The notes beneath the pieces are model-generated. The model did not search any database. It had not been told where the DNA came from and saw only the letters and a program-made list of their open reading frames with translations. Position numbers and translations under genes: made by a program. Below are positions 11,973 through 26,006 of a stretch of DNA of 64,000 bases, one piece after another. This DNA comes from Octopus vulgaris (Eukaryota). The stretch spans positions 3,658,001 through 3,722,000 of the forward strand of contig OX597831.1 in the NCBI GenBank assembly GCA_951406725.2, written 5' to 3'. Numbering within the stretch: the stretch's first letter is position 1; every line of letters starts with the position of its first letter.

Positions 11973-12226
11973 ATTCGCTAGCTTCTGCACGCATTTTTTT
12001 TTCTCTCCTTGTTTCTTTCCGTGTTTCTTTTCTGTGTATCTTTCTGTTGAAGAGAGTAGGCTCGAAACATAAAAGACTTGTTTTATTTATATTCCTGAGC
12101 GCCATACTAATACAATTGTTTGTTTATATTCCACCTGCCTTCGTCTTTTGTTTATTTTCATAAAGCTTCCTGTTATATATATATATATGCATATATATAC
12201 ACACACACACAGATAGATAGATAAAC

Positions 12227-12265
<39 letters not shown>

Positions 12266-13028
12266 CAGACTAATAGATAGATAGAGAGGGAGATAGACAG
12301 ATAAATAGACACACACCTATGTATAAATATATGTGTGTGTGTGGGAGGGGTGGGAATAAATACACATACATCAAACTATTTAAATGAACACACAGACACA
12401 GAAAGCCAAATGAAAACACACGTCTTACAAACGAAATAATATGGAAATGAATAATGCTGTCTCAACAGACACACAGACACACTGACACACATGCATATAT
12501 ATTGCACCAGACACAGCCACCAACATACATACATACATACATACGCACACATATACCTACACATACAGACCTGCACACACCTACATACAAACATTTACAT
12601 TACAAACATACATACATTCATACGTACATACATATGTACATACAAGCATACATACCTACCTACACACACATACATATATACATGTATACATACACATGCA
12701 CATACCTACCTACCTACATACATACATACATACATACATACATACACACATACACACATACATACATACATACATACTTACATGTACACATACATACATC
12801 GAATTGTTTAAACAAATATAGACACAGGAATCTGTAAACACAGTACTGAATGAAAACAGACATCTCATAAATCAAGTAAACCATTTCCAAAGACACCAGT
12901 CTTGCTTCCATTCACTTCTTTGACGAATAAGCATATAAAGGTGGAACAAATACACCTTATCTTACATTACCTGAAGAGCCATGTTATGGCGTAACTAATA
13001 GTTTCAATGTAAAACCTGAATATCTAGG

Positions 13029-13092
13029 TAATGATAATAATAATGATAATAATAATGATAATAATAATAATAATAATAATGATAATAATAAT

Positions 13093-13151
<59 letters not shown>

Positions 13152-13270
13152 TGATAATAATAATGATAATAATAATAATAATGATAATAATAAAGTAATA
13201 ATAATAATAGTAATAATAATGATAATAATAATAATAATAGTAATAATAATAATAATAATAATGATAATAA
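13029..13270. repeat. (AAT/GAT)n microsatellite
   Basis: Read directly from the sequence. Confidence 0.99.
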
Positions 13271-13475
13271 AGATTGGTACAAATGTAAGGCTCAGAAAGG
13301 TTGGTAGGAGTGCAAAGATAGAACCCCTACAAAAATCAGCATTGCTCAGAACTGCAAAAATTCTTTGCAGGGTTCTTGAAGCATGACCAGTAAACAAGTG
13401 TCACCTTAGTCTGCTGGCTGTGGACAGCTGACACTTTCCATCATACCCGGCAAAAGAAGCCAAGAGCTTTCATTA
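13270..13475 (+). mobile_element. Short R4/Dong-type 3' end
   Basis: LQKSALLRTAKILCRVLEA* plus 3' UTR, after a long (AAT)n tract. The same family recurs at about 63215-63462. Confidence 0.7.
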
Positions 13476-13721
13476 AATAATAATAATAGTCCTTTCTACT
13501 AAAGGCACAAGGCCTGAAATTTGGTTGTAGGGGACTGTTCGATTACATCGACCCAAGTATTTCACCGGTACTTAATTTATCGACTCCGAAAGGATGAAAG
13601 GCAAAGTTGACCTCGGTGGAATTTGAATTCAGAATGTAGTGATGGGTGAAATACCACTAAGCATTTCATCCAGTGTGCTAACGATTCTGCCACCTCACTG
13701 CAATAATAATAATAATAATGA

Positions 13722-14626
13722 TAAGGAAAAACAAAGGAATTAGTACAAAATGGACATGAAGAAGAATTATGCAAGAAGGGACTACACAATCAATTCCATG
13801 CAACCACAACAGAAGTTGCTGGAAAAAATAGGTGGGATTGGCTGATGAAAGGAACCCTAAAAAAAAGAGACTGGGAGCACTATACTGGCAGCGCAAGACC
13901 AAACTTTGGCCATGAACTGGAGGGTCAACCTTAGGAATGAGCAAGTGTCTCTGCTGTATTGCATCTGCAATAGAGTGGATGAAGCAATTGCCCATATCAC
14001 GATCGAATGCCCTAAACTAGCCCAAAACCACTACAAGTTATGGCAACACAATCAAGTAGTGAAAGTGCTACATTGGAAAGTGTGCGAAAAGTGGGGGCTA
14101 GAGAGAGAAGCAAGACATGGTATAAGCACCAGTTGCAGAGAGTGGCGGAGTTGGAGACTAGCAAAATCCTCTGGGATTTCCCAATCCAAACAGATCAGGT
14201 GCTAGAGCATAACAGACCAGACCTAGGGGTGGTGGAAAAAGTGCAACACATATGCTATATAGTTGATGTTGCATGCCCCTTTGACCCATGAATAGTTAAG
14301 AAGGAAGAGAAAAAGATAGATAAACACAATCCTCTCAAGTACAAAATAGCCCAGTTATGGAAAATGAAGAAGGTGAAGATAGTGCTAATTATTGTTGGGT
14401 CGTTGGGAACAGTGTCAGAAGGCATCAAGAGGAATATGAAGGAAATTGGAATAGAGTGCCCAGTAGAACTGTTACAAAAGGTTTGCCTCCTTGGCACAGC
14501 CAGAATAATCAGGAAAGTATTAGATAGCTGAAAAGAACAGATAGCATGGTACCGTAGGCTGCAGGCAGCAAACCCGCTTACGCATGTAAGACCTCAGGAG
14601 CTCCAACGAAACCTGTGATAAAGAGC
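13722..14626 (+). mobile_element. R4/Dong-type non-LTR retrotransposon 3' fragment (CCHC finger + restriction-like endonuclease), degenerate
   Basis: CICNRVDEAIAHITIECPKL; ILWDFPIQTD...NRPDL...IVDVACP; LQKVCLLGTARIIRKVL. Flanked by (AAT)n. Confidence 0.85.
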
Positions 14627-14663
<37 letters not shown>

Positions 14664-14665
<2 letters not shown>

Positions 14666-15800
14666 CTGGAAAACTACTATAAAATAACCAATTAGGCATG
14701 ACTGCAAAAATACCTACTTCAGAAGGAAGGAAAACTGATCCAGATAGCAGCAAAACACGAGCAAAACAAAAAACTGTTCTCAGTATTTAAGGAAGCTGAC
14801 AAATACAAACAAGAAATCATACCACCTAATAAACACAAAGAAGAAGAAGAAGATGATGAAGAAACAACAAAAGCTATAAAACAAATGAAATCCAAACTAA
14901 AAATAGAACAGCAAACGAGCCATGATAAAACGATGGCAAGAAAAGCCCCTTCATGGTAAATACTGCACTAAACTAAACGCAAAAGAAATAGACAAAGAAA
15001 AATCCCAGCAATGGTTGAGAAGCTCAGGACTCAAAGCAGAAACAGAGGGATTTTTTAATTGCAGCACAAGACCAAAGCCTCCCCACCAGAAATTACCAAA
15101 AACATGTAATGAAAAGAAATATTACAAGTAACTGCAGAATATGTGGAGATGGACAAGAAACAATAAATCATATTATCTCTAGCTGCCCAGTCCTGGCTAA
15201 GAAGGAATATATTCACAGACATGACAGAGTTGGAGCCTACATACATTGGAAGCTATGCCAACATTATGGAATAACAACAGAAAAAAGATGGTATAGGCAC
15301 ACACCAGAAAAGGTCACAGAAAACGAGAAAGCAACCATACTCTGGGATATGCCGATGCACACAGATAGAGAAATTAAGGCCAACAGACCAGATATAGTTG
15401 TCAGAGATCATGAAGAAAAAAATGCTTTCTAATTGATGTATCAATACCGGCAGATGACAACGTGTCTCTAAAAAGAAATGGAGAAACTCTCAAAATACAA
15501 AGACCTGGAAATAGAGGTAACTAGAATGTGGAATCTGAAAACAGAAACAATTCCTATCATAGTAGGTGCATTAGGCATGATAAAAAAATATTCAGACAAA
15601 TACATAACAAAAACACCAGGACTTACAAACACATATAACATACAGAAAATTGCACTACTAGGCACTGCACACATCCTACGCAGAACACTTTCCATACAAT
15701 AACCATCAGAGCATCACAACAAATCACAGCACATACCCAAGGCACACAGAGCTGCGCTCGGTAGTGAAGTGAAAGCACGCTATAAAAATAAAACTACTGA
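14664..15800 (+). mobile_element. R4/Dong-type non-LTR retrotransposon 3' fragment, younger subfamily
   Basis: WQEKPLHGKY, GLKAETEGF, CRICGDGQETINHIISSCP, RHDRV, RPDIV, KYKDL, QKIALLGTAHILRRTL*. Flanked by (AAT)n. Confidence 0.9.
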
Positions 15801-17185
15801 ATAATGATAATAATAATAATAATAATAATACCACAGATTTGCCATGCCCTGATGCAGTACCAGGCAGTGGCTCTCATGGCTTCTGATTGGAAGTGTTATC
15901 ATGTACATTGTTTTGTCTTGGTATAAAAGATGGGCTACAGCAAATATTCTGCTCAATACCACAGATTTGCTTGTCAGTTGTTTGACCTTAACCAGTTGAG
16001 CATGTCCCTTAGTGGCTGACGATATGTGCATCTCTGATCACGAGCTAGTGGGGGAGCATCATAGCCATGTGTTGAGAGGGATTCTTTGGGGTTTGAATAA
16101 TTCACCTCTGGAAACATGGGTGTTTCGTTCAACGTCCTTAAACAACCCTTATTCAGGGACCTTTTGAGCGGGATGGGTTACTCGATCTGAAGAAAATTCT
16201 AACTGGGCTCCACCTGCAAGGTCATGTGCTGTTTATCTTGATATGAGATCACCATGGCGCGCACATATGGTTGTGATGCATGTGCCTGGTGTACCCTTAT
16301 CAGATGGGTAGTCATGATGGGTATACTGGGCTTCGTATATTTTACCCCAGTGTCACTTTGATGGCATGCTCTGCTCGCTCACTCAATAATAATAATAATA
16401 ACAACAACAACAACAACAATAATAATAAGAGCAATCCTTTCTAATATAGGCGCAAGGAGACAAGTAGCAATATTTCAAATTAATGAGCTTGAACAATTGT
16501 AAAGATCTCTTCACATGAGACCATTGGTTGCATTGTTTATCCATAAATAAAGAAAATGAATCCACCATTGTGGATTCACCGTTGTGTGTGTGAGTATATA
16601 TCCATACACACACACACACACAGACACACACACAGAGACACGTGTGTGTGTATTATATATATATATATATATATATATATTTTTTTCTAGTTTCAGCTCA
16701 GAGCTGCGGCCATGCTGATGCACCGCCGTTGGAAAAAAAAAAATATATATTATAAGTATGTGTATGTATACACACACACACACATTCATATGCGTGCGCA
16801 CACACGCACACACACACACACATTTTAAAGACAAAATTCCCTGGGTTTGCTGCTCCTCATCATAATAGAGTTTGTCGTGAGTTAGGAAAGCTATTTGTGT
16901 CGTCGCAGCATAGCACAGTTGTGCTCTGGCATACACCAGCCAATCAGCCACACCTCTTGCTACTTGCCAGCTCTCGTTCCTAATTCAATAAAATTACAAT
17001 GTTTTGCTTAAAAACTGCCTGCTGATATTCATTAACACATGCTCCTCAAAAGCGCATTTAATGGACTTTGTCATAAACATTTTCATATTTCAAATTAGTG
17101 ACCACTCTCATTAAAAGTCTACACCTTCATCTGGCTTTAACGAAGAACAAGATACAACTGTTGTCTCTTGTTGCAAAAAAACCTC

Positions 17186-17595
17186 GGAAGTTACCAGCAT
17201 CAGTTGATTAACCCTTAACTCTGAGCACCTTTTCAAACTCCACCTGTCTAACACCCGTGGACATATTTACAAAGTCAGAAAACAGCACAGCTCCCATGAC
17301 TTTCGGAAACATTTTTTCACACTAAGAGTTGCTGAAGCATGGAACAAACTGCCGGCACCAGTTGTTAGTTGTCGGAGCACTGCATCCTTTAAAACTTCCA
17401 TGCTTCCTGAGATTCGCCAACACTAAACCTGATTTTCTCCCCTCCATACACATGCAAGCATGAATCTCTGACTCATACATTGTTCGCTTTCCAGACATTT
17501 GTACATTACTGCATACGCTTTATACGCACTTTCTGACAAGTTGTGGTGCACCTGAGCACCGTATACAATAATTTCATTATTATTATTATTATTAT
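17186..17595 (+). mobile_element. 5'-truncated CR1 3' fragment
   Basis: Similar to about 6100-6417 (acacccgtggacat...agagttgctgaagcatggaa...gtgcacctgagcac) with an (ATT)n tail. Confidence 0.85.
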
Positions 17596-17839
17596 TTGTT
17601 ACTAACCCGGCTGAAACCGTCTCTGGCTCTGTGGTACAAATGTCTTGTTTTCACAAGTTTTGAATCAAAATCTTCCACCAGACTTTAATCACAATTTATG
17701 TTCCTTACACTAGCTGAATGATAACTAAGTTATTTTACTAAATTCTTTATTATATTTAAAGTAATTGAAAGAAACACAGAGAATCTCAAAATAAATACAG
17801 TAACAAAATGGTTAAAGTGACTCTAGTACTTTCTTCTAT

Positions 17840-18185
17840 GGAGGCACAATGGCCCAGTGGTTAGGGCAGCAGACTCGCGGTCGGAGGATCGCGGTTTCGA
17901 TTCCTAGACCGGGCGTTGTGTGTGTTTATTGAGCGAGAACACCTAAAAGCTCCATGAGGCTCCGCCGGCAGGGGGTGGTAGCGACCCCTGTTGTACTTTT
18001 TCACCCCCAACTTTTTCTCACTCTTTCTTCCTGTTTCTTGAGTAACTCTGCAATGGATTGGTGTCCCCTCCAGCTGTGGGGAAACACATACACCATGGAA
18101 ACCGGGCCCATGAGCCTGGCTAGGCTTGAAAAGGGTGAAAAAATAAATAAATAAAAGTACTTTGCTTTTAAAAACATAATAATAA
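17840..18185 (+). mobile_element. tRNA-derived SINE, third family
   Basis: A box tggcccagtggttag, B-box-like ggtttcgattcc, (AAT)n tail. Confidence 0.7.
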
Positions 18186-18195
18186 TGCTTATCAC

Positions 18196-18618
18196 AGAAA
18201 GAGAAAGGGAGGGGAGGGGGAGAGAGGTGAGATAGAGAGAGATATGGAGAGAAAGATGAAAGAGAGAGAGGGAGAAACAAAGATAGGCAGAGAGATGGCA
18301 AGAGAGAAGAAAGAGAGAGGGAGAAACAGAGATAGGTAGAGAGAGAGATGGATAGATAAAGATAGATAGAAACAGATGAAGAGAGAAAGAGATAAAGAGA
18401 TGGAAAGAGGGAGAGATAGAGATAGATAGGGAGAGATGGAGAGAGAGAGAGGAAGAGTGAAAGAGAGAGATAGAGAGAGAGGATGAGTGATAGAGAGAGT
18501 GAAAGAGAGAAGGAGAGAGAGGAAGAGTGATAGAGAGTGTGAAAGAGAGAAGGAGAGAAAGGAAGAGTGAAAGAGAGAAGGAGAGAGAGAGAGGGATGGA
18601 GAAAGAGAGAGTGAAAGA
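18196..18618. repeat. GA-rich polypurine tract
   Basis: Read directly from the sequence. Confidence 0.95.
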
Positions 18619-19002
18619 AGCCCTTACGATGTCTAATGACGCACAAATGGCGCTAATTATATGGGAACCAACAGGGGTAACAATTATCTCAGCCGCTTTC
18701 AAGATAAAGCATGATGGGAAGATCTAGAACTAGTCAGAAAGGATTTGTCAAGACAGAAAAAGGCTTAGGAGCACTGAAAACTAGGAATTTTGTTCCCGTC
18801 CATGGACATATCATAAGATAATAATTCTAAACTCATCTTTTTACAGACACAGAAAATCGTTTTTACTGAAAAAAGTATTACAAAATAACATCCGTTATTT
18901 TACAGATTATTACACTTTTAAAAATTAGACACAATAGAGTTCCTTCCCTTGCCCCATACATTGTGACAACTCGGTTTTGTACAGCAATTGATACAAAATT
19001 AT

Positions 19003-19047
19003 CTACTACTACTACTACTACTACTACTACCACTACCACTACTACTA

Positions 19048-19093
<46 letters not shown>

Positions 19094-19154
19094 CACCACC
19101 ACTACTACTACTACTACTACCACCACCACCACCACTACTACCACCACCACCACC

Positions 19155-19189
<35 letters not shown>

Positions 19190-19246
19190 CACCACCACCA
19201 CCACTACTACTACTACCACCACCACCACACTACTACTACTACTACC

Positions 19247-19287
<41 letters not shown>

Positions 19288-19435
19288 TACCACCACCAAC
19301 ACCACCACTACTACTACTACCACCACCACCACCACCACTACTACCACCACCACCACTACTACTACCACCACCACTACCACCACCACCACCACTACTACTA
19401 CTACTACCATCACCACCACCACCACCACCACCACC

Positions 19436-19497
<62 letters not shown>

Positions 19498-19530
19498 CAC
19501 CACCACCACCACCACCACCACCACTACTAC
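19003..19530. repeat. (CTA/CCA)n compound microsatellite
   Basis: Read directly from the sequence. Confidence 0.99.
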
Positions 19531-19823
19531 TGACACTCTGTCGGCTACGAGGATGACGGTTCCAGTTCATTCTGATCAGCGGAACAGCCTCCTTTACTCT
19601 TTTACTCGTTTCAGTCATTTGACTGGGGGGGGGGGGGGGCCATGCTGGAGCACCGCCTTTAGTCGAGCAAATCGACCCCAGGACTTATTCTTTGTAAGCC
19701 TAGTACTTATTCTATCGGTCTCTTTTGCCGAACCGCTAAGTCACGGGGACGTAACACACCAGCATCGGTTGTCAAGACACACAAACGTATACACACACAT
19801 ACATATACAGATATATATATATA

Positions 19824-21084
19824 TATACAATAATATGTTACATTACTCGGTAGTCAAGATAAAACTCTGAGTTTCAGATGCCGAAGTGGAAATCCACAAC
19901 ACCACCACCACTACTACTACTACTACTACTGACACTCTGTCGGCTACCAGGATGACGGTTCCAGTTCATCCCAGTTTATAATAAGGCTTTAAAAGATAGT
20001 GGTTTTAGCGAAAAAATAAAATATACACCTATCACTAGCCCAACAGTAAGGAAAAGGAATAATAGAAATAGGAAGGTCATCTGGTTTACGCCCCTTACTC
20101 ACCCGAGGTGGCCTTCAATATAGGTAAATATTTCCTAGCACTGATAGATAGACATTTTCCAGTTAACCATACTTATAGGAAACTCTTCAATAGACACAAT
20201 TTAAAAATTAGTTTTAGTTCAACTACCAATTTTAAAACATAATCAAACATAACATACAAAAAACACAACAAGAAAACAGCTGTTCATGCAGGAATAAAGA
20301 ATTGTGCCCGCTAAATGGAGCTTGCATGTCCAAGATCATCATATATGAAGCTACCGTAAACTCTATAACCACTAAAGACACCGTTTCGACGAAGAAATAC
20401 GTGGGCCTTACAGAGGGTAATTTCAAGGCCAGGTTCAATAACCACACTTTGAGCTTTAGGCACTGGAACAAAAGAAAAGCGACACAATTATCTAATCATA
20501 TTTGGTCTTTAAGAGATAAAGGTGTCGATTATAACATACAATGGAAAATTTTGGCCAGATGTAAGCCCTATACTAACGGCAGCGGAAGGTGCGGTCTATG
20601 CGACATGGAGAGATGGCTTATCTGGAAAAGCAGCTTAGACCCTACTACATGTCTAAATACAAGGACAGAGCTTTTCGGATCATGCCCACATGTGACTAAA
20701 TTTCTGTTACGTTTTTGGTCCCCTAAAGAAAACAGATAGAACATGCTTTCTATGTTATGTCCCAAGAAGAATTTATATATTTTTATATATTTTTTTATGT
20801 ATTTTTATATAATTTTTATGACGAAAAATGCGAGCGATGTATAAGTACGCAGGCAAGCAGAGTTATAACAGAGTAATTTCCCTTTATTTAATGGTATTTT
20901 TTCATAGCGTTTTCAAATAGCCAGATAACCGAAGAGATGGTGTTGTGGATTTCCACTTCGGCATCTGAAACTCAGAGTTTTATCTTGACTACCGAGTAAT
21001 GTAACATATTATTGTATAGATAAATTTCCTCTATTTACATAATATTGAGGTCTCTTTCTTTCTTTTGTTATCTTACCGTTTTAT

Positions 21085-21087
<3 letters not shown>
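19824..21087 (+). mobile_element. 5'-truncated Penelope-like element (GIY-YIG end) with inverted partial pLTR
   Basis: ORF 20302-20739 contains CPLNGAC...IIY...YVGLTEGNFKARFNNH...CGLC...LN.R.EL. 19824-19904 is the reverse complement of 20938-21018. Confidence 0.88.
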
Positions 21088-21129
<42 letters not shown>

Positions 21130-24100
21130 TATACATATATATATACACATATATACGACGGGCTTCTTTCAGTTTCCGTCTACCAAATCTACTCACAAGG
21201 CTTTGGTCGACCTGAGGCTATAGTAGAAGACACTTGCCCAAGGTTCCACGCAGTGGGACTGAACCCGGAACCATGTGGTTGGTAGGCAAGCTACTTACTA
21301 TGCAGCCTGTTCATGAAATTAACGTGTAAGTGGCTGAGCACTCCACAGACACGTGTACCCTGAACGAAATCCTCAGTGGGGTTCAGTGTCACACAGAGTG
21401 TGACAAGGCTGGCCCTTTGAAATACAGGTACTACTCATTTTTGTCAGCTGATTGGACTGGAGCAACAGGAAGTAAAGTGTCTTGCTCAAGGACAAAGCAT
21501 ATTTATTTCTTTATTAATGCTTATTTATTCTCTTTGCTTTTAATTAATCATGCGTTATCTCGTTACTTTGTGATTTTGAGGATGTGATTGTTTATTCTTT
21601 AAATAATATTGTTGGGTAAATATAAGGGGCCAGATCTGGCCAGTTTGAACATAAAACAGGTAAAATATTTGGGCTGGATAAGGCTGGATTAAATGCCAAA
21701 GGGTTAAAGTAGAGTAATCTAATCCAGACCCACATTTTTCTGAAATGAATTTCTCAATGACACAGCCATGCTTTTAACTTTGTAAGTGATGTTGATTTAA
21801 TTCTTTATTGCCCACAAGGGGCTAAACACAGAGGGGACAAACAAGAACAGACAAACAGATTAAGTCGATTATATCAACTCCAGTGCTTAACTGGTACTTA
21901 TTTAATCAACCCTGAAAGGATGAAAGGCAAAGTCGACCTCGGCGGAATTTGAATTCAGAACGTAGCGGCAGACGAAATACCAATTTCCTTACTACCCACA
22001 AGGGGCTAAACACAGAGGGGACAAACAAGGACAGACAAAGGGATTAAGTCGATTATATTGACCCCAGTGCGTAACTGGTACTTATTTGATCGACCCTGAA
22101 AGGATGAAAGGCAAAGTCGACCTCAGCGGAATTTGAATTCAGAATTTAGCGGCAGACGAAATACCTATTTCTTTACTACCCACAAGGGGCTAAACACAGA
22201 GGGGACAAACAAGGACAGACAAACGGATTAAGTGGATTATATCGACCCCAGTGCATAACTGGTACTTAATTTATCGACCCCGAAAGGATGAAAGGCAAAA
22301 TCGACCTTGGCGGAATTTGAACTCAGAACGTAGTGGCAGACGAAATACCGCTAAGCATTTCGCCCGGCGTGCTAACGTTTCTGCCAGCTCGCCGCCCATG
22401 TTGATTTAATTCTGCAAGTGCATAAGCTAATTTGCATATAGTTTTTTTAATTTTTTTACCTTTATGACTATTGGATATTGTCTTATATGCTGCCATCAAT
22501 ATATGCAAATTAGTCTGTCCACTTGGAAGTTAAACTGCATTGTCTACATTTGCATATCTTTTATCTTTTAGCTGTTTCAGTCATTAGACTGTGGTCATGC
22601 TGGAGCACTGCCTCGAAGGGTTTCAGTCAAACAAATTAAACCCTAGTATTTATTCTATCAGCCTCTTTTGCCAAACCGCTAAGTTACAGGGATGTAAACA
22701 CACTAACACCAGCTGTAAAGCAGTGGTGGGGGACAAATACAAAAAGGCAGGCACACACACACACACAAGGGGGTGCTGAAAAGTTCCTGGCTTTGGGTAA
22801 AAGAAAATACAGGAAGATCAATTAATTACGATTTTATTGAACATATTCCCCTCTCAGGTGTGTGTGTGGGTGAAATCAAGGGATTTTGAATATCGAGTTT
22901 AATTTTCAGATATGGTCTGAATATTTACAAAGGGGTAGACTTTGCCACCCGTGCCCAATGGCCTGGTGGCAACAATGGTGGTAGTAGTGGTGGTGGTGGT
23001 GATAGTGTAAGTCAATCATCTAATACTAATTTCAAATTTTAGCACAAGGCCAGCAATGTTGGGTGGGAGGTAGGGTAAGTTGATTACATCAACCCCAGTG
23101 CTCAGCTGGTGCTTACTTTATCGAACCTGAAAGGATGAAAGGCAAAGTTGGCCTCAATGAAATTTGAACTCAAAATGTAAAGACAGATGAAATGCCACTA
23201 TGCATTTAGTATGGCAAGATCATGATTCTGCCAGCTTGCCACCTTCAGAAATATAAATATTGGTGTCAAATTTTGGCACAAGGCCAGCAGTTTTGGGAGA
23301 GGGGATAGGTTAGTTACACTGACCCCAGTTCCTCAACTGGTGCTTATTCTATTGACCCTTAAAGACCAAAAGGCAAAGTCAACCTTTAAAATAATAAAAA
23401 CCTCAATGAAATCTGAACTCAGAACAGAGAGATGGATGAAATGCTGCAAAACGTTTTGTCCAGATCTCTGGTGAGATTCAGTGCTACAGACACTTTGAGC
23501 CATGGAGCTCAGCACCAAATGCCAGATGTCACTGGCCCCCTTGATGGCTATAACACATTGGATGATGGTGGATGCAAAAGTGACACATGGCCAGATCTGT
23601 AAAGAAATAGACAGATTCCTATAAGGAGATTCCAGAAAATAGCAATACTGCAGAATGAAAATATCGTTAGGGCATTCTTACCTGTTACCTTTACCTTTTA
23701 CTTTTTCCAGTCATTAGACTACAGCCGAGCTGGGGCACCACCTTGAAGTCTTTAGTCTAATGAATCAATCCCAGTACTTATTACCTCCGCTTTAGCAAAG
23801 GCAGAGATATTGTTTTCAGTTGTGTTTGTTTGTCTATCCATGGACAAGACATCTCAAGAACCGCTGGATGGATTCAGATGATACTTTCAGGGATGTTTGG
23901 CCTCATGACTGGCATGAATTAATTAGATTTGGGGATTGATCCAGTACCGGACAAGGATACTGGATTATTTTTCCTAAGTTGGGAAGAGGAGGGTTAAAAA
24001 TAATAATTAAAAAAATTTATATAATCGTAGAAATTCTTGTATGAAGAACACAAACTCGCAAAAAAATTTCTGAAAATTCCAAATATAAAAAAAATTGAGC

Positions 24101-26006
24101 AGTTATATGAAGTTCTTAAACCAGAATTCTACTATAAAAACTCACTGTGATGAGCTGTAAAATAGTTTCTCATAACAGAATTCCATTTACGAGGGGTTGA
24201 TAAATACGAAACTATAATAAATGACTCTAGTCCAGGTTCAGTAGAGTGAAACGTATTCGAGCCAAGAAGCACGGTTGAATAGACTAGCTTAAACTACATA
24301 CCCATATCCTCTCCTTTATGTAAAGGTGAGGAAGTAATTAAAAGCATTTGCTGCCAGTCACTCATCAATGAATAAATAAACAAGATAGAAAAATAAAATT
24401 ATCGGAGAAATTTTCAATTTTAATAATTGTGAAACTGTAAATATATTTCTTTACTGCCCTCAAGGGGCTAAACACAGAGGGGACAAACAAGGACAGACAA
24501 AGGAATTAAGTCGATTACATCGACTCCAGTGCGAAACTTGTACTTAATTTATCGACCCTGAAAGGATGAAAGGCAAAGTCGACCTCGGTGGAATTTGAAC
24601 TCAGAACGTAACAGCTGACGAAATACCTATTTCTTTATTACCCACAAGGGGCTAAACATAGAGGGGACAAACAAGGACAGACAAAGGAATTAAGTCGATT
24701 ACATCGACTCCAGTGCATAACTGGTACTTAATTTATCGACCCTGAAAGGATGAAAGGCAAAGTCGACCTCGGCGGAATTTGAACTCGGAACGTAACGACA
24801 GACAAAATACGGCAACACATTTCGCCCGGCGTGCTAACGTTTCTGCCAGCTCACCGTAAATAAAAACTTGTAACTTTGACCTGACTCTAATTTGCGATTA
24901 AAGGTGTTGGGTAAAATTATATACGAAGGGAGGTAATTCCATTGCTATATTTATCCCCCTTTACATGGTCTTCCACTCAATTTCGATTCTTGTCTACAAA
25001 AACCATTTTAAATCTATGCTAAACTACGCAAGAAACTTTTTCGAAATTATAAACTCACAGACTAATATAATCGCTGCATGATATAAATTTCTTAAGAAAT
25101 ATTTTTAATATGTGTAGTAAGTTTGTTTCCCCAATTATGTGGTTCCGAGTTCAGTCCCACTGCGTGGCATTTTGGGCGTCTTCAACAATAGCCTTGGGCC
25201 GACCAAAGCTTCGTGAGTGGATTTGATAGATGGAAACTGAAAGAAGCCCGTACATTCACACACACATGTATGTATGTATGTATGCATGCATGCATGCATG
25301 CATACATACATACATGCATGCATTCATTCATACATACATACATACATACATACATACATACATACTACTTGTGTGTCTGTTTGTGTCTGTCTCCCACCAC
25401 CGCTTAACAACCGGTGTTTGTGTGTTTTAACCCCCGTAAGGTAGCGGTTCGGCGAAAGAAATCGACAGAGTAAGTACCAGGTAGAAAAAAAATAAAGAAA
25501 GAAGTACAGGGGTTGGTCCGTTCGTCTAAAAAATTCTTGAAAGCGGTGCCCCAGAATGGCCTCAGTCTCACGACTGAAACAAGTAAGAGATTAAAGAACA
25601 TAGGCAGCAGGTCAGAAATTTGGTAGGAGTAGGATTGAACCGGCTGCAGTCCTTAATTAGTATTTCATTTTATCGACCCTATAGGGATGTAAGGCAAAGT
25701 TGACCTCAGCTAGACAAGAATTCAGATCGTTAAGATTTGGAGCAAACCCTGCAAAGCTATTTACCGACGCTTTAACAAATCCGCCACCACAATAACTGAA
25801 AACATTAAAAAAAAAAGAAGTTTAGACTAATTCATGCCCCCCAACGGTAGGGCCGTTAAATATAGACCGACTTAGTAGGAATGATAGCTAATTTCCTGCT
25901 AAGTACTCCATAATGTCTTTATAAAGAAATGGACGGATTAAATAATATAGTTCTATAATGACCATAATTATTTTGCTACATTCTTCTTTCTAAATTGTAA
26001 CAAAGG

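Noticed and set aside
18878-19618. Poly-V/T/G/S/P/H ORFs
   Set aside because: They are translations of the (CTA/CCA)n microsatellite. The same applies to the Leu/Ser-rich ORFs at 6362-6790, 12984-13397 and 17861-18702.
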